Positions 1-8,604 of a stretch of DNA of 64,000 nucleotides are shown here, piece after piece. This DNA comes from Alphaproteobacteria bacterium. GTDB taxonomy: Bacteria; Pseudomonadota; Alphaproteobacteria; CAAHEQ01; UBA3637. Position numbers and translations under genes: made by a program. Positions within the stretch are counted from its first letter, which is position 1. Every line of letters begins with the position of its first letter. The notes below the pieces were generated by a model that searched no databases, was not told where the DNA came from, and saw only the letters and a program-made list of their open reading frames with translations. The stretch covers positions 70,837 through 134,836 of the forward strand of contig JAFTTR010000002.1 of assembly GCA_017466695.1 (NCBI GenBank), given 5' to 3'.

Positions 1-146
1 TCTGTCAATTCATCTAAAGGGAGTGTTATACTTTTTCCTTTAAAATAGGAGTTTTGTAAATCACTAAATGAAATAGAATTTTTATTTTCAGTTGCTTCTT
101 TAATTTCTCGAATAGAAGTCAAATTTATAATTTCTTCAAAATTCAT
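1..146 (-). CDS. Partial CDS (N-terminus only; continues beyond the window start), hypothetical protein
   Basis: ATG at 146-144 on the minus strand, open frame to the window edge (MNFEEIINLTSIREIKEATENKNS...). A G7 tract lies 3 nt upstream of the ATG. No recognisable motif. Confidence 0.3.
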   Translation of the reverse strand, partial: MNFEEIINLTSIREIKEATENKNSISFSDLQNSYFKGKSITLPLDELT

Positions 147-406
147 TTTCCCCCCCACTATGTAATTTAATAAAGAACTATAGGATATCGTACATTGTAT
201 CATATATTTCAAAATTAATCAATTTTTTATTAAAGTATAGACTAAAACTATTCTGGCGACTTATCTGTTTTGGCTGGGGTGGCTGGATTGTAAATTGCAA
301 GGCAATTTATCCTGCGCTTTCGCTTAGGACCGTCCTATCGGACGTCGTTCGCCTTCGACTCACCGAACCAACTCATCCGTTGGTCAAATCCCCTCACCTA
401 GCCAAT

Positions 407-430
407 AAAAAAACGCCCCTTTCGGAGCGC
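407..430 (-). terminator. Rho-independent terminator (minus-strand reading CGCUCC-GAAA-GGGGCG followed by U7)
   Basis: On the minus strand this forms a 6-bp stem with one U.G pair and a GAAA tetraloop, followed by a U7 run (plus-strand aaaaaaa at 407-413). Same structure as the terminator at 575-598. Confidence 0.6.
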
Positions 431-574
431 TTTTTTAAACGCTAGAGGTGGCTGGATTGTAAATTGCAAGGCAATTTATCCTGCGCTTTCGCTTGGACCG
501 TCCTATCGGACGTCGTTCGCCTTCGGCTCACCGAACCAACTCATCCGTTGGTCAAATCCCCTCACCCAGCCATT

Positions 575-598
575 AAAAAAACGCCCCTTTCGGAGCGC
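575..598 (-). terminator. Rho-independent terminator immediately downstream of tRNA-Gln
   Basis: Minus-strand hairpin CGCUCC-GAAA-GGGGCG followed by UUUUUUU, directly 3' of the tRNA CCA end. Confidence 0.65.
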
Positions 599-606
599 TT
601 TTTTAT

Positions 607-681
607 TGGCTGGGGTGGCTGGATTCGAACCAACGGATGGCGGAATCAGAATCCGCTGCCTTACCACTTGGCGACACCCCA
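607..681 (-). tRNA. tRNA-Gln (anticodon CUG), CCA encoded
   Basis: Minus-strand read: UGGGGUGUCGCCAAGUGGUAAGGCAGCGGAUUCUGAUUCCGCCAUCCGUUGGUUCGAAUCCAGCCACCCCAGCCA. Cloverleaf folds with a 7-bp acceptor stem (U1-A72); anticodon loop UUCUGAU; T-loop UUCGAAU. Confidence 0.9.
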
Positions 682-731
682 AAACATATTTACTCATACA
701 TTGTTCTATGCAAAAATGCAAGAACTTTTTT

Positions 732-1004
732 TTAATCTTCACCAAACCGATTGTTAATAAGTGTTTTCAACGCATCAAGAGCTTCTTCAGCATCCACCCC
801 AACTGCTTTTATAACAATCTCATCCCCTAAAGGGACACCTAACATTAAAATACCCATAATGGACTTGCCAGACACTTCTAGTCCATCTTTATTTTTTACA
901 AAAATATCAGATTTAAACTGCTCAGATGTCTTAACAAAAGTGGCTGTTGCCCTCGCATGTAATCCCTTTAAATTTTGTATGGCTATTTTAAGTTCTTTTT
1001 CCAT
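732..1004 (-). CDS. ptsH: Phosphocarrier protein HPr/NPr (PTS)
   Basis: KGLHARATATFV contains the active-site His region (GLHARPA-like). Size ~90 aa. Start trimmed to MEKELK (ATG 1 nt after the EIIA stop). Context hprK-EIIA-HPr. Confidence 0.8.
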   Translation of the reverse strand: MEKELKIAIQNLKGLHARATATFVKTSEQFKSDIFVKNKDGLEVSGKSIMGILMLGVPLGDEIVIKAVGVDAEEALDALKTLINNRFGED

Positions 1005-1005
1005 C

Positions 1006-1407
1006 TTATGAATCAAGTTTTAATAAATGTGATGCAATATTAATGTATTTTCGGCCTGCGTCTTGTGCATCCACAACAGCATCAGCAATTGTTTCATTCC
1101 GTTCTCGAACTAATTTAACCAATAATGGGATATTCATTCCTGAAATAACTTCAATGTTGCGCTCTTCCATAATGGAAATTGCAAGATTAGAAGGCGTTCC
1201 CCCAAACATATCCGTCACAACAACAACGCCATCCCCTGTATCAGCAAGAGAGGTTTTTTCTAAAATCTCATGGCGTTTTTTTTCCATATCATCTGTAATT
1301 TGAATACCGACACATTCAATCCCTTCTTGCTTGCCCACAACATGCTCTACAACTTGGAGCATTTCTTGAGCTAAATTGCAATGTGCAACGAGTACGATAC
1401 CAATCAT
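1006..1407 (-). CDS. PTS EIIA component, mannose-type (ManX-like), 133 aa
   Basis: N-terminus MIGIVLVAHCNLAQEM is typical of EIIA-Man (the His in VAHCN). Sits between the short HprK and HPr, as in the alphaproteobacterial PTS-Ntr module. Confidence 0.75.
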   Translation of the reverse strand: MIGIVLVAHCNLAQEMLQVVEHVVGKQEGIECVGIQITDDMEKKRHEILEKTSLADTGDGVVVVTDMFGGTPSNLAISIMEERNIEVISGMNIPLLVKLVRERNETIADAVVDAQDAGRKYINIASHLLKLDS

Positions 1408-1416
1408 TCTTATCTC

Positions 1417-1857
1417 CTAAAGTTCAATAAAGTTCCATTCTTTTTTAAGGAGCTTTATAACGGCTTTTATTTTGTTTGTCAAGGCAAAATCATAGCTCAT
1501 AAACTCAAAAAAAGGAATCTCTATCCCTGATATTAAAATAGTCTTTTGATTCAAAGAGATATCATCATTTTCACCCATATGGATAACTGCTTTTATCTCT
1601 GTTAAATCCTTCTCATAAGGGACGGATATCATCCCAATTTCCCTAATAAAAAGTGCCCCTGATAACTTTTCAGCCGGCTTTGCATATATCCTTTGATTTT
1701 GAAGTGTTAAAAACGTGATATCTTCACTGATAAGACGTCCCCCTTCTTCTATCAAAGATAATGCTAAAGAGGATTTGCCACTCTTTGGTTTCCCCTCTAT
1801 CAAAATAGCAATACCATCTATTGAAACACTGGTTGCGTTATAATAAAGGTCTGACAT
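1417..1857 (-). CDS. hprK: HPr kinase/phosphorylase, short C-terminal-domain-only form
   Basis: Walker A GKPKSGKSS; 146 aa, the N-terminal-domain-less HprK form typical of Alphaproteobacteria; gene context. Confidence 0.75.
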   Translation of the reverse strand: MSDLYYNATSVSIDGIAILIEGKPKSGKSSLALSLIEEGGRLISEDITFLTLQNQRIYAKPAEKLSGALFIREIGMISVPYEKDLTEIKAVIHMGENDDISLNQKTILISGIEIPFFEFMSYDFALTNKIKAVIKLLKKEWNFIEL

Positions 1858-1873
1858 AATTCCTCTTTAGCAA

Positions 1874-1950
1874 TGGCGTTCTCGGCGGGATTCGAACCCA
1901 CGGCCCCAGGATTAGGAATCCTGTGCTCTATCCTACTGAGCTACGAGAAC
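1874..1950 (-). tRNA. tRNA-Arg (anticodon CCU), CCA encoded
   Basis: Minus-strand read: GUUCUCGUAGCUCAGUAGGAUAGAGCACAGGAUUCCUAAUCCUGGGGCCGUGGGUUCGAAUCCCGCCGAGAACGCCA; anticodon loop UUCCUAA; canonical D- and T-arms. Confidence 0.88.
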
Positions 1951-1956
1951 AAGCCC

Positions 1957-2211
1957 TTATTTTCCGTGTGATTGTAAAAATTCACAAAACATACGGAATA
2001 ATACAAACTCAACAACAACAGCAATAACTGTTAAAATAGCTGCTGCGAAGTTTGAGAACAATGTTACAACTGCACCTAAAAGTGAAATTGCCAAAATGAC
2101 CAAACCGATTAAATAAATAATCTTTGCATATGGTGCCAATTTTGGTGCATATTTTTCTGTAAAAATTGGTTCCCCTAATTCAAGATATTTTTTAAGTTCT
2201 TCTTTATTCAT
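1957..2211 (-). CDS. Small membrane protein (two predicted TM helices), hypothetical
   Basis: AAGGAG RBS 9 nt upstream of the ATG; hydrophobic stretches LIGLVILAISLLGAVVTLF and AAAILTVIAVVVEFVLF. Confidence 0.5.
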   Translation of the reverse strand: MNKEELKKYLELGEPIFTEKYAPKLAPYAKIIYLIGLVILAISLLGAVVTLFSNFAAAILTVIAVVVEFVLFRMFCEFLQSHGK

Positions 2212-2302
2212 TTTTATCTCCTTTTTTATGTATAAATTTTATACCCACTCATCAACAATACTGATTAAAAAATAAAATAGCAAGTTTTTTAAAACTTAAT
2301 TC

Positions 2303-3781
2303 TTATTTTTTTCGCATTGTTGGGAAGGCAATAATATCTCTGATTGATAAATTAGATGTTAAAACCATAATTAAACGGTCAATGCCAACCCCTAACCCAC
2401 CAGTTGGTGGCATACCATGTTCCAAAGCTGTAACAAAATCTTCATCCATCATGTCAGCTTCATCATCACCAGCATCACGGGCCTTGACTTGCTCTTCAAA
2501 ACGTTCTCTTTGGTCAATTGGGTTTGTCAATTCTGAATAAGCATTGCACATTTCCCATGTGTTCACAAATGTTTCAAATCTCTCAACAAGGCGAGGATCA
2601 TCACGATGTTCTTTTGTCAATGGAGAGATTGATTTTGGATGATCAATCACGTGTGTTGGTTGGATAAGATGTTGTTCACACTTTTCTTCAAATACGGCAA
2701 CCATACAATGCCCCCAATCTGCATTATCATCCACAGAAACACCTAATTTATCACAAGCAGCTCTTGCTTCTTCATCTGATTGAATAGCCAAGAAATCAAC
2801 TCCTGTATGCTCTTCAACCAAACTGGCCATTGTGCGACGTTGGAAAGGCCCCTTAAGACTAATCTTTTTCCCATCAATTTCAACATCAGTTGTCCCATTG
2901 ACTTTCAATGCAGCTGTTTCAAAAATTTGTTCAACCAATGTCATCATATCCGTATAGTCATTGTATTGACGATAAATTTCCATCATTGTGAATTCTGGGT
3001 TATGGCGCGTATCAATTCCCTCATTTCTGAAGTTACGACCAATTTCAAACACACCTTCCATACCACCAACAATCAGACGCTTTAAATAAAGCTCTGGAGC
3101 CACACGCAAGAACAAATCCATATCTAATGCATTGTGATGGGTAATAAATGGTTTTGCAGTTGCACCCCCTTTAATTACATGAAGCAATGGTGTTTCAACT
3201 TCCAATAACCCTTGATCTAATAATAACGTTCTAATCGCTGTTATAATTTGAGATCTTTTAATCAATGTCTCAGTTGTTTCAGGATTTGTAATCATATCCA
3301 AATAACGTTGACGATATTTTGTATCCGTATCTGTCAAACCATGGAATTTTTCAGGCAAAGGCAATAAGGCTTTTGCAAGCATTGTAATTTTAATTGAACT
3401 AACAGAAAGTTCCCCTCGTTTGGTCCGTTTAACCGTTCCTTCAACACCGATAATATCACCAATATCTAATAAATCCAACATATCCAAGAGTTCTTGTGAA
3501 CTTTCATTCTTGGAGGTATAAATTTGAACCTTGCCTGTTGAATCATAAATATCAATGAACATTCCTGAGTTTCTGATTGCTCTGATACGACCTGCCACTT
3601 TAACAACATCTTCAGTTACAGTGTCATTTGGCAATTCAGCATATTTTTCAGCCAATGATTTTGAGTTTTCAGTTGGTCTATAAATTTGAGGATAAGCATT
3701 AATCCCCTGCTCTTCTAAACGTTTTAACTTCGCCACACGTACTTGACGTTGTTCATGTCCTAAATTTTGACTTTCTGTCAT
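2303..3781 (-). CDS. lysS: Lysyl-tRNA synthetase, class II
   Basis: Class II motifs (FRNEGIDTRHNPEFT; GGLGVGIDRLIMVL); ~490 aa. Start trimmed to MTESQ, which has an AAGGA RBS (the ORF-track start at 3844 is 21 codons upstream). Confidence 0.9.
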   Translation of the reverse strand: MTESQNLGHEQRQVRVAKLKRLEEQGINAYPQIYRPTENSKSLAEKYAELPNDTVTEDVVKVAGRIRAIRNSGMFIDIYDSTGKVQIYTSKNESSQELLDMLDLLDIGDIIGVEGTVKRTKRGELSVSSIKITMLAKALLPLPEKFHGLTDTDTKYRQRYLDMITNPETTETLIKRSQIITAIRTLLLDQGLLEVETPLLHVIKGGATAKPFITHHNALDMDLFLRVAPELYLKRLIVGGMEGVFEIGRNFRNEGIDTRHNPEFTMMEIYRQYNDYTDMMTLVEQIFETAALKVNGTTDVEIDGKKISLKGPFQRRTMASLVEEHTGVDFLAIQSDEEARAACDKLGVSVDDNADWGHCMVAVFEEKCEQHLIQPTHVIDHPKSISPLTKEHRDDPRLVERFETFVNTWEMCNAYSELTNPIDQRERFEEQVKARDAGDDEADMMDEDFVTALEHGMPPTGGLGVGIDRLIMVLTSNLSIRDIIAFPTMRKK

Positions 3782-3889
3782 ATGAATCCTTCTTTCTTTG
3801 AATTTATCTTCAAACCTTGCATAATTTATCTTTTTTTTGTGCACAAGTCAATGAATTTTATTGACTTTAAGCAAGAAAAATGATACAAA

Positions 3890-4906
3890 TTGAAAAACAA
3901 TCAATTATCAAAGTGTTATCAAATGAATACACCAACTTGTCCTTATGCTTCAAAATGTGGTGGCTGTTTATATTTAAACATGCCGTTTGAAGAATACATA
4001 CAAAAGAAAAAGAATTTTATTATCAATTCGTTTTCTCATGCAGGCATTCAAATTCAGTTAGCTGATTTTATCATCATTCCTTTTGGGAAAAGACGCAGAG
4101 CCACATTTGCTTTTAAAAAAGGCATAGTTGGTTTCAACGAAAACAAAAGTCATCAAATTATCTCTATGGATAAATGCCCTAGCCTAACTGAAAATTTATC
4201 TTCACTCCTACCAAAATTAAAAGAACTCACTTTTTTGATTGGGAAGAAGGGGGATATTTCTCTTTTAGAAACACCTCAAGGTGTGGATATTCATATTAAA
4301 ACTGGCAAAGAGCAACCTTCTCTTGATTTAAGAATGGAGTTAGCCACGTTTGCAAGTGATGAAAAAATTATACGTTTAAGTTATAATTTTGAACCTATCT
4401 TGCAAAAAATACCTTTATCTCTTCCCATTGATGCTTTTTTACAACCTTCTTTTGAAGGAGAGCAAACCCTTGTAAATTTAGTTTTATCCAACTTAAAAGA
4501 TGAAAAAAAAGTTGCAGACCTTTTTTGTGGAGCCGGCACATTCACAACGCCTTTAATCAAGTCTGGTTTTGATGCTACGGGTTTTGACCTCGCAAAGGAA
4601 AGCGTAAAACTACTTGGGAGCAAAGGTGTTTTTCGTGATTTGTTTCGCAATCCACTCACAACACAAGAACTGAATGAATTTGATTGTGTCGTTATGGACC
4701 CTGCTAGAGCTGGCGCAAAAGAACAATCAAAAGAACTAGCAAAAAGCCAAGTTCAAAAAGTTATTATGATTTCTTGCAACCCTATTACAGCAGCAAGAGA
4801 CAGCCTCATTTTGCTTGAAGGGGGATTTAAATTAACAAAAACCATTGGTGTTGATCAATTTATTTACACCAATCATTGTGAAGTTTTTTGTCTTTTCGAA
4901 AGATAA
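3890..4906 (+). CDS. SAM-dependent RNA (uracil-5)-methyltransferase, RumA/TrmA family (RlmC-like, no TRAM domain)
   Basis: N-terminal 4-Cys cluster CPYASKCGGC; SAM motif DLFCGAGTFT; DPARAG; nucleophile motif MISCNP. Confidence 0.7.
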   Translation: MKNNQLSKCYQMNTPTCPYASKCGGCLYLNMPFEEYIQKKKNFIINSFSHAGIQIQLADFIIIPFGKRRRATFAFKKGIVGFNENKSHQIISMDKCPSLTENLSSLLPKLKELTFLIGKKGDISLLETPQGVDIHIKTGKEQPSLDLRMELATFASDEKIIRLSYNFEPILQKIPLSLPIDAFLQPSFEGEQTLVNLVLSNLKDEKKVADLFCGAGTFTTPLIKSGFDATGFDLAKESVKLLGSKGVFRDLFRNPLTTQELNEFDCVVMDPARAGAKEQSKELAKSQVQKVIMISCNPITAARDSLILLEGGFKLTKTIGVDQFIYTNHCEVFCLFER

Positions 4907-5035
4907 TTTAAAATCATAAAAAAAATCAAACAGTTCTTATCTTCACCTCTTTATTTATATTTTTTATAAAAAAGATAAAAAAACACTTGCAATTTTATAA
5001 AAAAACCGTTATCATATTGCACAAATGAAAGTGAG

Positions 5036-5251
5036 GTGAGTACCATAGTTACAATCGTTGTCCATGACAATAACGTTGAACAAGCATTACGTGTGTTGAA
5101 AAAGAAAATGCAACGTGAAGGTAGTTTTCGTGAAATGAAATTACGTCGTTACTACGAAAAACCATCTGAAAAAAAAGCTCGTAAAGCAACTGAATGCATT
5201 CGTCGTTCTCGTAAGATGAAAAGAAAACGTTTCAGCGTTGAAGGGTACTAA
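5036..5251 (+). CDS. rpsU: 30S ribosomal protein S21
   Basis: [43 protein letters not shown] is close to S21. GTG start, which overlaps the AGGTGA Shine-Dalgarno, so the exact start is uncertain. Confidence 0.85.
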   Translation: MSTIVTIVVHDNNVEQALRVLKKKMQREGSFREMKLRRYYEKPSEKKARKATECIRRSRKMKRKRFSVEGY

Positions 5252-5287
5252 TCCTTAATAGGTATTATTTACCATAGAGTTAAAAAA

Positions 5288-5316
5288 TCCCCGTAGCGAT
5301 CGCGCGGGGTTTTTTT
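5288..5316 (+). terminator. Rho-independent terminator after rpsU
   Basis: ccccgtagcgatcgcgcgggg stem-loop followed by ttttttt. Confidence 0.7.
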
Positions 5317-5549
5317 GATAAAAAAATAAGAGCCCTGCTCTTTTTATGAATTGATATTAAATATCAAAGAAATACTCTTATTTAAAAACGTCAAGTCAAA
5401 AAACACAAAAAACAAAACAAATCTGTTTTGATTTCATCTATAAAAAAAATAAAACCCAATTATTTAAGCATTACAACCAGATGTGCACAAAGAAGTGTCG
5501 TTCTGAAATTTATCATCTTCATATGACAGGAGTTTGCCTGAACACATTC

Positions 5550-6767
5550 CTATTGAAATCTTAATGCATCAATTGGATCCAATTTCATAGCTTTTATTGC
5601 CGGCATTAAACCAGATACAACACCCACAACCACAGCAACTGTTACAGAAATAACAACAGACCAAAGAGATATTGGAACCTGTTTTTCAAAAACAACTCCG
5701 GCTACTTGTGATCCCAGCACACCAACCACCATACCAACAAAACTCCCCATAAATGAAATCATCACAGATTCGGTTAAAAATTGAAGCATAATCCATTTAT
5801 TTGAAGCCCCCAAAGCCTTCCTTGTGCCAATTTCTCTTGTTCTCTCCGTTACAGAAACAAGCATCATATTCATAATCCCAATACTACCCACCAGCAAAGA
5901 AATTGAGGCAATCGACGCTAACAAAACAGACAAAGCAAAACCAACACTCCTAACTTTTTCAACCATATCTGTCATTAGCCTAACTGAAAAGTCATTAGCA
6001 ACCCCATCTTTTAAGTGATGTCTTGCTCTCAGTTGATATTCAATTCGATTAGCAACAGCCTCCATTTTATCTTCACTCACAGTTTTAACAAACGCTACAT
6101 TCGTATATTGTGGCCGAAACCCAGAGTGAATCCGTTGACGAAAAGTCGTTGCAGGCATCATCACAATATTATCTTGGTCATCCCCCATAAGGCCATCCCC
6201 TTTTTCTTTAAGCGTTCCAATAACAGTAAAAGGGCGACTTTTTAAACGAATAACCTTACCAATAGGATCTTGCAGACCGAACAATTCCTCAACAATTGTT
6301 TGTCCAATAACAACATAAGGACGCCCTGTTTTTAAATCTTTTTCACTAAACATAGAACCTTTATCAATTTCCCAATTACCAATTTCAAGATATTCAGGGG
6401 TAGTACCTGCCACACTCACCCCATAGTTGTTGGAACCATAAACAGCTTGTACAGCAAAGTTAACCAGATACGAAGCTGTCTTCACATCTTTTAAATTTTT
6501 TAAAGACTCAACATCATCAAAACTTACACTGGGCCTACCTCTACCACCTCGAACGCCTCCACTAACTGTTTCCCCAGGACCAATAATAATTAAATTTGTA
6601 CCCATAGAGTCAAATGTTTTTGTAATTTCATTTTGCACCGTTTGACCTGCTGCCACCATCATCACAACAGCTGCCACCCCAATTAAAATCCCCAGCATTG
6701 TCAAAAAAGTACGTAATTTGTAGGCACTAATTGAAATCCAAGACTCTTTTAATATCTGGTAAATCAT
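5550..6767 (-). CDS. ABC efflux permease, FtsX/MacB family (periplasmic core domain plus 4 TM)
   Basis: N-terminal TM, large periplasmic domain, C-terminal FtsX-like TM bundle; operon context with ABC ATPase, HlyD and TolC. Confidence 0.8.
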   Translation of the reverse strand: MIYQILKESWISISAYKLRTFLTMLGILIGVAAVVMMVAAGQTVQNEITKTFDSMGTNLIIIGPGETVSGGVRGGRGRPSVSFDDVESLKNLKDVKTASYLVNFAVQAVYGSNNYGVSVAGTTPEYLEIGNWEIDKGSMFSEKDLKTGRPYVVIGQTIVEELFGLQDPIGKVIRLKSRPFTVIGTLKEKGDGLMGDDQDNIVMMPATTFRQRIHSGFRPQYTNVAFVKTVSEDKMEAVANRIEYQLRARHHLKDGVANDFSVRLMTDMVEKVRSVGFALSVLLASIASISLLVGSIGIMNMMLVSVTERTREIGTRKALGASNKWIMLQFLTESVMISFMGSFVGMVVGVLGSQVAGVVFEKQVPISLWSVVISVTVAVVVGVVSGLMPAIKAMKLDPIDALRFQ

Positions 6768-7492
6768 TGTCCCTCCTTATTCAAATAGGCTGAACGAAGA
6801 CCATCATATTCTTTTCGCCCATCGTGAATTTTAATCATACGGTGCGCATAATCTGCCACATCATCCTCATGTGTTACCAAAACAATTGTAATACCTGCCT
6901 GATTGAGTTTTGAAAAAAGCGCCATAATTTCATCAGAAGTTTTGGTATCTAAATTCCCAGTTGGCTCATCTGCAAAAATAATAGCAGGATTGTTCACCAA
7001 AGCTCTTGCAATGGCAACACGTTGTTGCATACCCCCTGAAATTTGAGTTGGAAGTCTATCTTCATACCCTTTCAACCCCACAATTTTAAGCATTTCGACA
7101 GCTCTTTTATACCTTTCCTTTTCACCAACACCCTGATAAATCAAGGGTAAAGAAACATTATCAGCTATTGTTCGTTTCATCAAAAGGTTAAAGTTTTGAA
7201 ATACAAACCCTATTTCATGCCCTCTGATAAAAGCAAGCTCATTGTCCGTTTTTTGAGAAACAAGCTTCCCTGTTAAATAATACGCCCCTTTTGTGGGTCG
7301 ATCCAAACAACCCAAAATATTCATCAAAGTTGACTTACCAGAGCCAGAATGACCCATAATAGCTACAAACTCCCCTTTTTCAATTTTAAAAGAAACATTC
7401 TTGAGAACGGACTGGCTCATTCCACCAGCCATAAAATATGTCTTACATAAATCTTTCACCTCAATAACGGTTTCTTTTTGTTGTTTTGCCAT
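6764..7492 (-). CDS. ABC transporter ATP-binding protein (MacB/LolD-like ATPase)
   Basis: Walker [10 protein letters not shown]; signature [15 protein letters not shown]; Walker [13 protein letters not shown]. Confidence 0.9.
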   Translation of the reverse strand: MAKQQKETVIEVKDLCKTYFMAGGMSQSVLKNVSFKIEKGEFVAIMGHSGSGKSTLMNILGCLDRPTKGAYYLTGKLVSQKTDNELAFIRGHEIGFVFQNFNLLMKRTIADNVSLPLIYQGVGEKERYKRAVEMLKIVGLKGYEDRLPTQISGGMQQRVAIARALVNNPAIIFADEPTGNLDTKTSDEIMALFSKLNQAGITIVLVTHEDDVADYAHRMIKIHDGRKEYDGLRSAYLNKEGQ

Positions 7493-8604
7493 TATTTTCG
7501 CCCACCTTTTTGAATGTATTCTGTAATGAATTGGTCGCCTTCTTTAAGTCCATCAACAACTTCAACATAAGAGGCATCCATAATTCCACGAGTAAAGACA
7601 AGAGGCACCACTTTGCCATCAATCAGTTGGTAGATAACCCCTTGATTAGCCTCTAAATCAAGTGTCACTTTGGGAACATATTTTCTAACCAATGCATTGG
7701 GTTTATATTGCAAAGCAGCCGTAGGAATACGAAGAACGCCTTCTTTATCATGAATAACAATTTGAACAAAAGCTGTCATCCCTGGCAATAACTTACGTGA
7801 AGAATTATCCACCTCAATCACAACCGTATACATCACAACATTTGACTCTTCGGTTGGGGATAATCTAATTTGTTTAACAACCCCGGAAAAAGCATCATTT
7901 GGGTAAGCATCCACCGTGAAAGAAGCTTTCATCCCAGATTGAATTGCTCCAATATCTGCTTCAGCAATACTCGCTTCAATTTGCATTTTGGACAAATCCT
8001 CAGCAATGGTAAATAACGTTGGTGTTTGAAGAGAGGCTGCTACTGTTTGACCTTGTTCCACTTCTTTGGAAATCACCGTTCCTGAAACAGGCGAAGTAAT
8101 TTTAGCATAGCCAAAATTACGTTCAGCCTTATTAAAATCAGCCGTTGCTGTTAAAACATCAGCTTCAGCTATGGCTAAATTAACCTCTGCTTCTTCCAAA
8201 GAGGCTTTGGCAATCAATTTATCTTTATAAAGTTTTTCATATCTTTTAAAGTTTAAATCAGCCACCTTCTTTTTCGCATAAGCTAAATCTAATCTAGCTT
8301 TGGCATCATTTTTATTCTCCGTTAAAACAGCCGTATCCAGCTCAGCTAAAAGTTGCCCTTCTTTGACTTCATCATTATAATCAACCAATACTCTTTCAAC
8401 AATTCCAGAAACTTGCGTTCCCACACTGACCGTATTAACTGGTTGAATTTTACCTGATGCCGTTACCTCTTCAACAATTCGACCCTTTTCAACTTTCATA
8501 ATTTCAAAATCTTGCTTTGTAAGGGCTTTTTCTTTTCCCCCTGAAAAAGCATATATCCCACCCCCAATTAATAGCACAATAATTAAAACGACCCACTTTT
8601 TCAT
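7492..8604 (-). CDS. Periplasmic adaptor (membrane fusion protein), HlyD/MacA family
   Basis: N-terminal anchor, coiled-coil segment, beta-barrel/lipoyl-like regions; overlaps neighbouring genes by 1 nt (operon). Confidence 0.8.
   Translation of the reverse strand: MKKWVVLIIVLLIGGGIYAFSGGKEKALTKQDFEIMKVEKGRIVEEVTASGKIQPVNTVSVGTQVSGIVERVLVDYNDEVKEGQLLAELDTAVLTENKNDAKARLDLAYAKKKVADLNFKRYEKLYKDKLIAKASLEEAEVNLAIAEADVLTATADFNKAERNFGYAKITSPVSGTVISKEVEQGQTVAASLQTPTLFTIAEDLSKMQIEASIAEADIGAIQSGMKASFTVDAYPNDAFSGVVKQIRLSPTEESNVVMYTVVIEVDNSSRKLLPGMTAFVQIVIHDKEGVLRIPTAALQYKPNALVRKYVPKVTLDLEANQGVIYQLIDGKVVPLVFTRGIMDASYVEVVDGLKEGDQFITEYIQKGGRK

Larger units (their letters stand above)
271..622. repeat. Two tandem direct repeats (~175 bp each: 271-446 and 447-~622), each starting (plus-strand view) with a copy of the 3' ~20 nt of tRNA-Gln and ending in a hairpin terminator; a third phase-aligned copy is the real tRNA-Gln
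   Basis: Direct reading: ggctggggtggctggatt(g/c)... recurs at 271, 447 and 608. The bodies 291-405 and 465-573 are near-identical (gcaaggcaatttatcctgcgctttcgctt(a)ggaccgtcctatcggacgtcgttcgccttcg(a/g)ctcaccgaacc...). Confidence 0.8.

Noticed and set aside
464-830. ORF-track ORFs 464-757(+), 503-745(-) and 606-830(+) overlapping the tRNA-Gln and its repeats
   Set aside because: They run through a tRNA gene, terminator hairpins and tandem repeat DNA. They have no RBS or motif and are explained by the GC-richer repeat sequence being free of stop codons.
2780-3085. Antisense or alternative-frame ORFs inside confident genes (examples: 2780-3085, 4381-4659, 5824-6245, 12031-12249, 13267-13572, 17278-17758, 29585-30111, 30957-31487, 35389-35577, 38310-39621, 51245-52301, 58258-61163)
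   Set aside because: Each lies wholly within a well-supported CDS on the same or the opposite strand, lacks an RBS, and has low-complexity or biased composition consistent with shadow ORFs.
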